From an uncultured Pirellulales bacterium (GTDB lineage: Bacteria > Planctomycetota > Phycisphaerae > Sedimentisphaerales > Anaerobacaceae), in assembly GCA_964586995.1 (NCBI GenBank), contig CAZPJZ010000001.1, forward strand, positions 1-27,076: a stretch of 27,076 bases of DNA, written 5' to 3'. Positions 25,025-27,076 of the stretch are shown here, piece by piece; the stretch's first letter is position 1, and each line of letters begins with the position of its first letter. The notes under the pieces are model-generated. The model searched no databases and was not told the origin of the DNA. It saw only the letters and a program-made list of their open reading frames with translations. The translations under genes and the position numbers were made by a program.

Positions 25025-26050
25025 ATGGCAGATAAGCGCGACGAGTCGGCCTGGTTCATGACGGGCTCATTGGTCGTTCTTGCAGCGGTAGCTTTAGCCG
25101 TCGTGCTGCACTACACCAGCAAGGTGATGATTCCCTTTGTGTTGGCCGTATTCGTTGTTTCGCTTGTCTCGCCCATTCTGGACTTTCAGATACTCCGTCT
25201 CAAATTCCCGCGCCCGATTGCAGTACTAATAACCTTTCTCTTTGTGATTGTCATTATTGCCGTTCTTTGCCTGGCGGTCACGCAGGTGGTTCAGACGATT
25301 GTGGCCACCGTGTATGAGTATAGCGACAGCCTTGCTGACCTCACCAAAAAAGCATTTGACAAAATGGGTGAATGGGGCGAGGAATTCAATCAAGAAAGAG
25401 TTGTCGGTGATCTGCGAAACAGGATCCCGGCGCTTGTGACGACCACACTTAGCACGGTCTTTGGCTTGCTGTGGAACGTTACTCTTGTTCTAATCATGGT
25501 GATTTTCCTTCTGGCAGGACGTAATCCGCACGTGGTTCGCTCAGGGGTGTACGCTGATATGGACCGCCAGATTCGCCGGTACATTGCCATCAAGATCGCA
25601 GTCTCCGCGCTGACCGGGTTCTTAGTCTGGGGCTGCTTAAGGTTGATTGATTTGGAGCTGGCGGCTGTCTTCGGAATCCTGGCGTTTGTGCTGAATTTCA
25701 TTCCAAACATCGGCTCGGTAATCTCCACCCTCCTGCCGATTCCTATCGCCGCTGCCCAGTTTCAAAGCCCATGGGCCCTGATCTATCTGGTGGCTGTGCC
25801 CGGTACGATTCAGATGGTGGTCGGCAATGTGCTCGAGCCCAAGGTGATGGGCGAAGGATTGAATTTGCACCCGATAACCATTTTGCTGGCACTTTCTTTC
25901 TGGGGCCTGCTCTGGGGGATAGGCGGCATGTTTCTGGCCGTACCTCTGACCGGCATTCTAAGGATCATCCTGATGCAATTTGAGACGCTTCGGCCGATCG
26001 GGAATTTGCTTGTCGGAGAACTGCCCGGCTCCCAGCCGCCCTCTGCTTAA
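25025..26050 (+). CDS. AI-2E family transporter (PerM/TqsA-like)
   Basis: VMIPFVLAVF, RYIAIK, FGILAFVLNFIPNIGS, GNVLEPKVMG, LHP, FWGLLWGIGGMFLAVPLT; multiple TM helices. Confidence 0.92.
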   Translation: MADKRDESAWFMTGSLVVLAAVALAVVLHYTSKVMIPFVLAVFVVSLVSPILDFQILRLKFPRPIAVLITFLFVIVIIAVLCLAVTQVVQTIVATVYEYSDSLADLTKKAFDKMGEWGEEFNQERVVGDLRNRIPALVTTTLSTVFGLLWNVTLVLIMVIFLLAGRNPHVVRSGVYADMDRQIRRYIAIKIAVSALTGFLVWGCLRLIDLELAAVFGILAFVLNFIPNIGSVISTLLPIPIAAAQFQSPWALIYLVAVPGTIQMVVGNVLEPKVMGEGLNLHPITILLALSFWGLLWGIGGMFLAVPLTGILRIILMQFETLRPIGNLLVGELPGSQPPSA

Positions 26051-26205
26051 TTCGGCGAATATCATTGACATTCGCAGCACATCGTGGCATCATGGATTAC
26101 CGTTGCATCGCGGTCCGTGTATTGGCCAGCGAATATCGGGCCAATGCTCGTTCGACGTTGGCGCTGCCGTCAAAATGAAGGTGAATTCAAAGAAGGAGAG
26201 AGCTG

Positions 26206-27076
26206 ATGCAGAATGACGAAATTTCCCGAAGAGATTTCATGCGTAGTACTTCGCTGGCCGCTGCCGCAGCAGTTTCCGGTGGGTTGGTCGGCCGGGGGCA
26301 CGCCGCCGCAAAGTCGGCACAGACATCTAAGATTCTCAACTATCACCACAATATGCATTACCGCCGGCTGGGCAAGACAAACCTGATGATTTCCGAGGTC
26401 AGCCTCGGCGGCCACTGGAAGAATCGCAACGCCGGCAGGTATTGGGACCACTTCGCCAATGAGCAAGTGCCTGACGACGTCGCACAGAACCGAACTGAAG
26501 TCATAAGTGCTTGCATCGACTGCGGCATCAACTATCTGGACATAACCACCGCTGCCGAATGCCTCAGCTACGGCGTGGCCCTGAAGGGACGCCGCGACAA
26601 AATGTACGTCGGCGCGGATATTCATAACCTGGGACCCAGGAATTCGGCGTTCTGCAACGTCGAGTCGCAGAGCCACAACGTCGATACCTGCCTGCGTCTG
26701 CTCCAGACTGATTACCTGGACATCTGGCGGCCCCAGGCTAAAATGGACGGCTCCAATACGGATGCCGAAGTGGAGTCTTTGATCGAAACTTTCCAGAAGC
26801 TGCATAAGGCCGGTAAGGTGCGGCATCTCGGCATGTCGTCTCATTCCCGTCCCTGGTTCGAGCACGTCATCAACAAGTATCCAGAGTTCGAGATGATAAT
26901 CTTCCCCTGCAGCGCCAAGACCCGAGAAAAAGCTAAACCTCCGACAAGACAGAACGTCGAAGAGGTCAATCCGGGCCACGGCTCCGACCAGACCCAGAGT
27001 ATCTTCAAGACGGTTAAGCAGCGGGACGTCGGAGTGGTGACCATCAAGCCCTACTTCGGCGGCAGCCTCTTCGAAA
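26206..27076 (+). CDS. Tat-signal aldo/keto reductase-fold protein; 3'-partial, runs off window
   Basis: ATG 26206 after AAGGAG: MQNDEISRRDFMRSTSLAAAAA (Tat) ... MHYRRLGKTNLMISEVSLGG ... GINYLD ... LRLLQTDYLD ... GKVRHLGMSSH ... DVGVVTIKPYFGG. Not in the ORF track because there is no stop in the window. Confidence 0.85.
   Translation, partial: MQNDEISRRDFMRSTSLAAAAAVSGGLVGRGHAAAKSAQTSKILNYHHNMHYRRLGKTNLMISEVSLGGHWKNRNAGRYWDHFANEQVPDDVAQNRTEVISACIDCGINYLDITTAAECLSYGVALKGRRDKMYVGADIHNLGPRNSAFCNVESQSHNVDTCLRLLQTDYLDIWRPQAKMDGSNTDAEVESLIETFQKLHKAGKVRHLGMSSHSRPWFEHVINKYPEFEMIIFPCSAKTREKAKPPTRQNVEEVNPGHGSDQTQSIFKTVKQRDVGVVTIKPYFGGSLFE

Noticed and set aside
26170-26979. 269-aa minus-strand ORF
   Set aside because: Antisense shadow of the aldo/keto reductase-fold gene, which has an RBS, Tat signal and family motifs on the plus strand.

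Overview
Bacterial genomic window. My inference is Planctomycetota, probably Phycisphaerae-like, from the Tat-exported sulfatase array, a bacterial histone and a planctomycete-type hypothetical protein; no marker gene is present. It has four blocks. (1) 1-14666 is a glycan-catabolism locus. A secreted GHL6/GH151-like glycoside hydrolase runs off the left edge on the minus strand and is missing from the ORF track. It is divergent from a NanA-type lyase, an Asp-box sialidase-like protein, an HpcH/HpaI aldolase, a Kelch mutarotase (NanM-like) fused to a sodium:solute symporter, and four tandem Tat-signal Cys-type sulfatases, the last with a duplicated C-terminal domain. (2) About 14670-17440 is an AT-richer accessory patch with the 3' remnant (DV+DVI) of a group II intron, two unknown ORFs, an orphan YgiT/MqsA-type zinc-finger gene and REP-like/heptamer repeats. 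(3) 17443-22993 (minus) is a GT4 - GH57 - glycogen debranching enzyme - DUF6498-like module. The debranching gene carries two frame-preserving palindromic heptamer-repeat inserts. (4) 23559-27076 holds a 61-aa bacterial histone-fold gene divergent from a DUF2007-like protein with a very acidic tail and an Arg-rich DRR-repeat protein, then an AI-2E transporter and a Tat-signal aldo/keto-reductase-fold protein that lacks most catalytic residues (runs off the right edge). No rRNA, tRNA or CRISPR array was found. All family assignments come from motif recognition by eye, not database searches.
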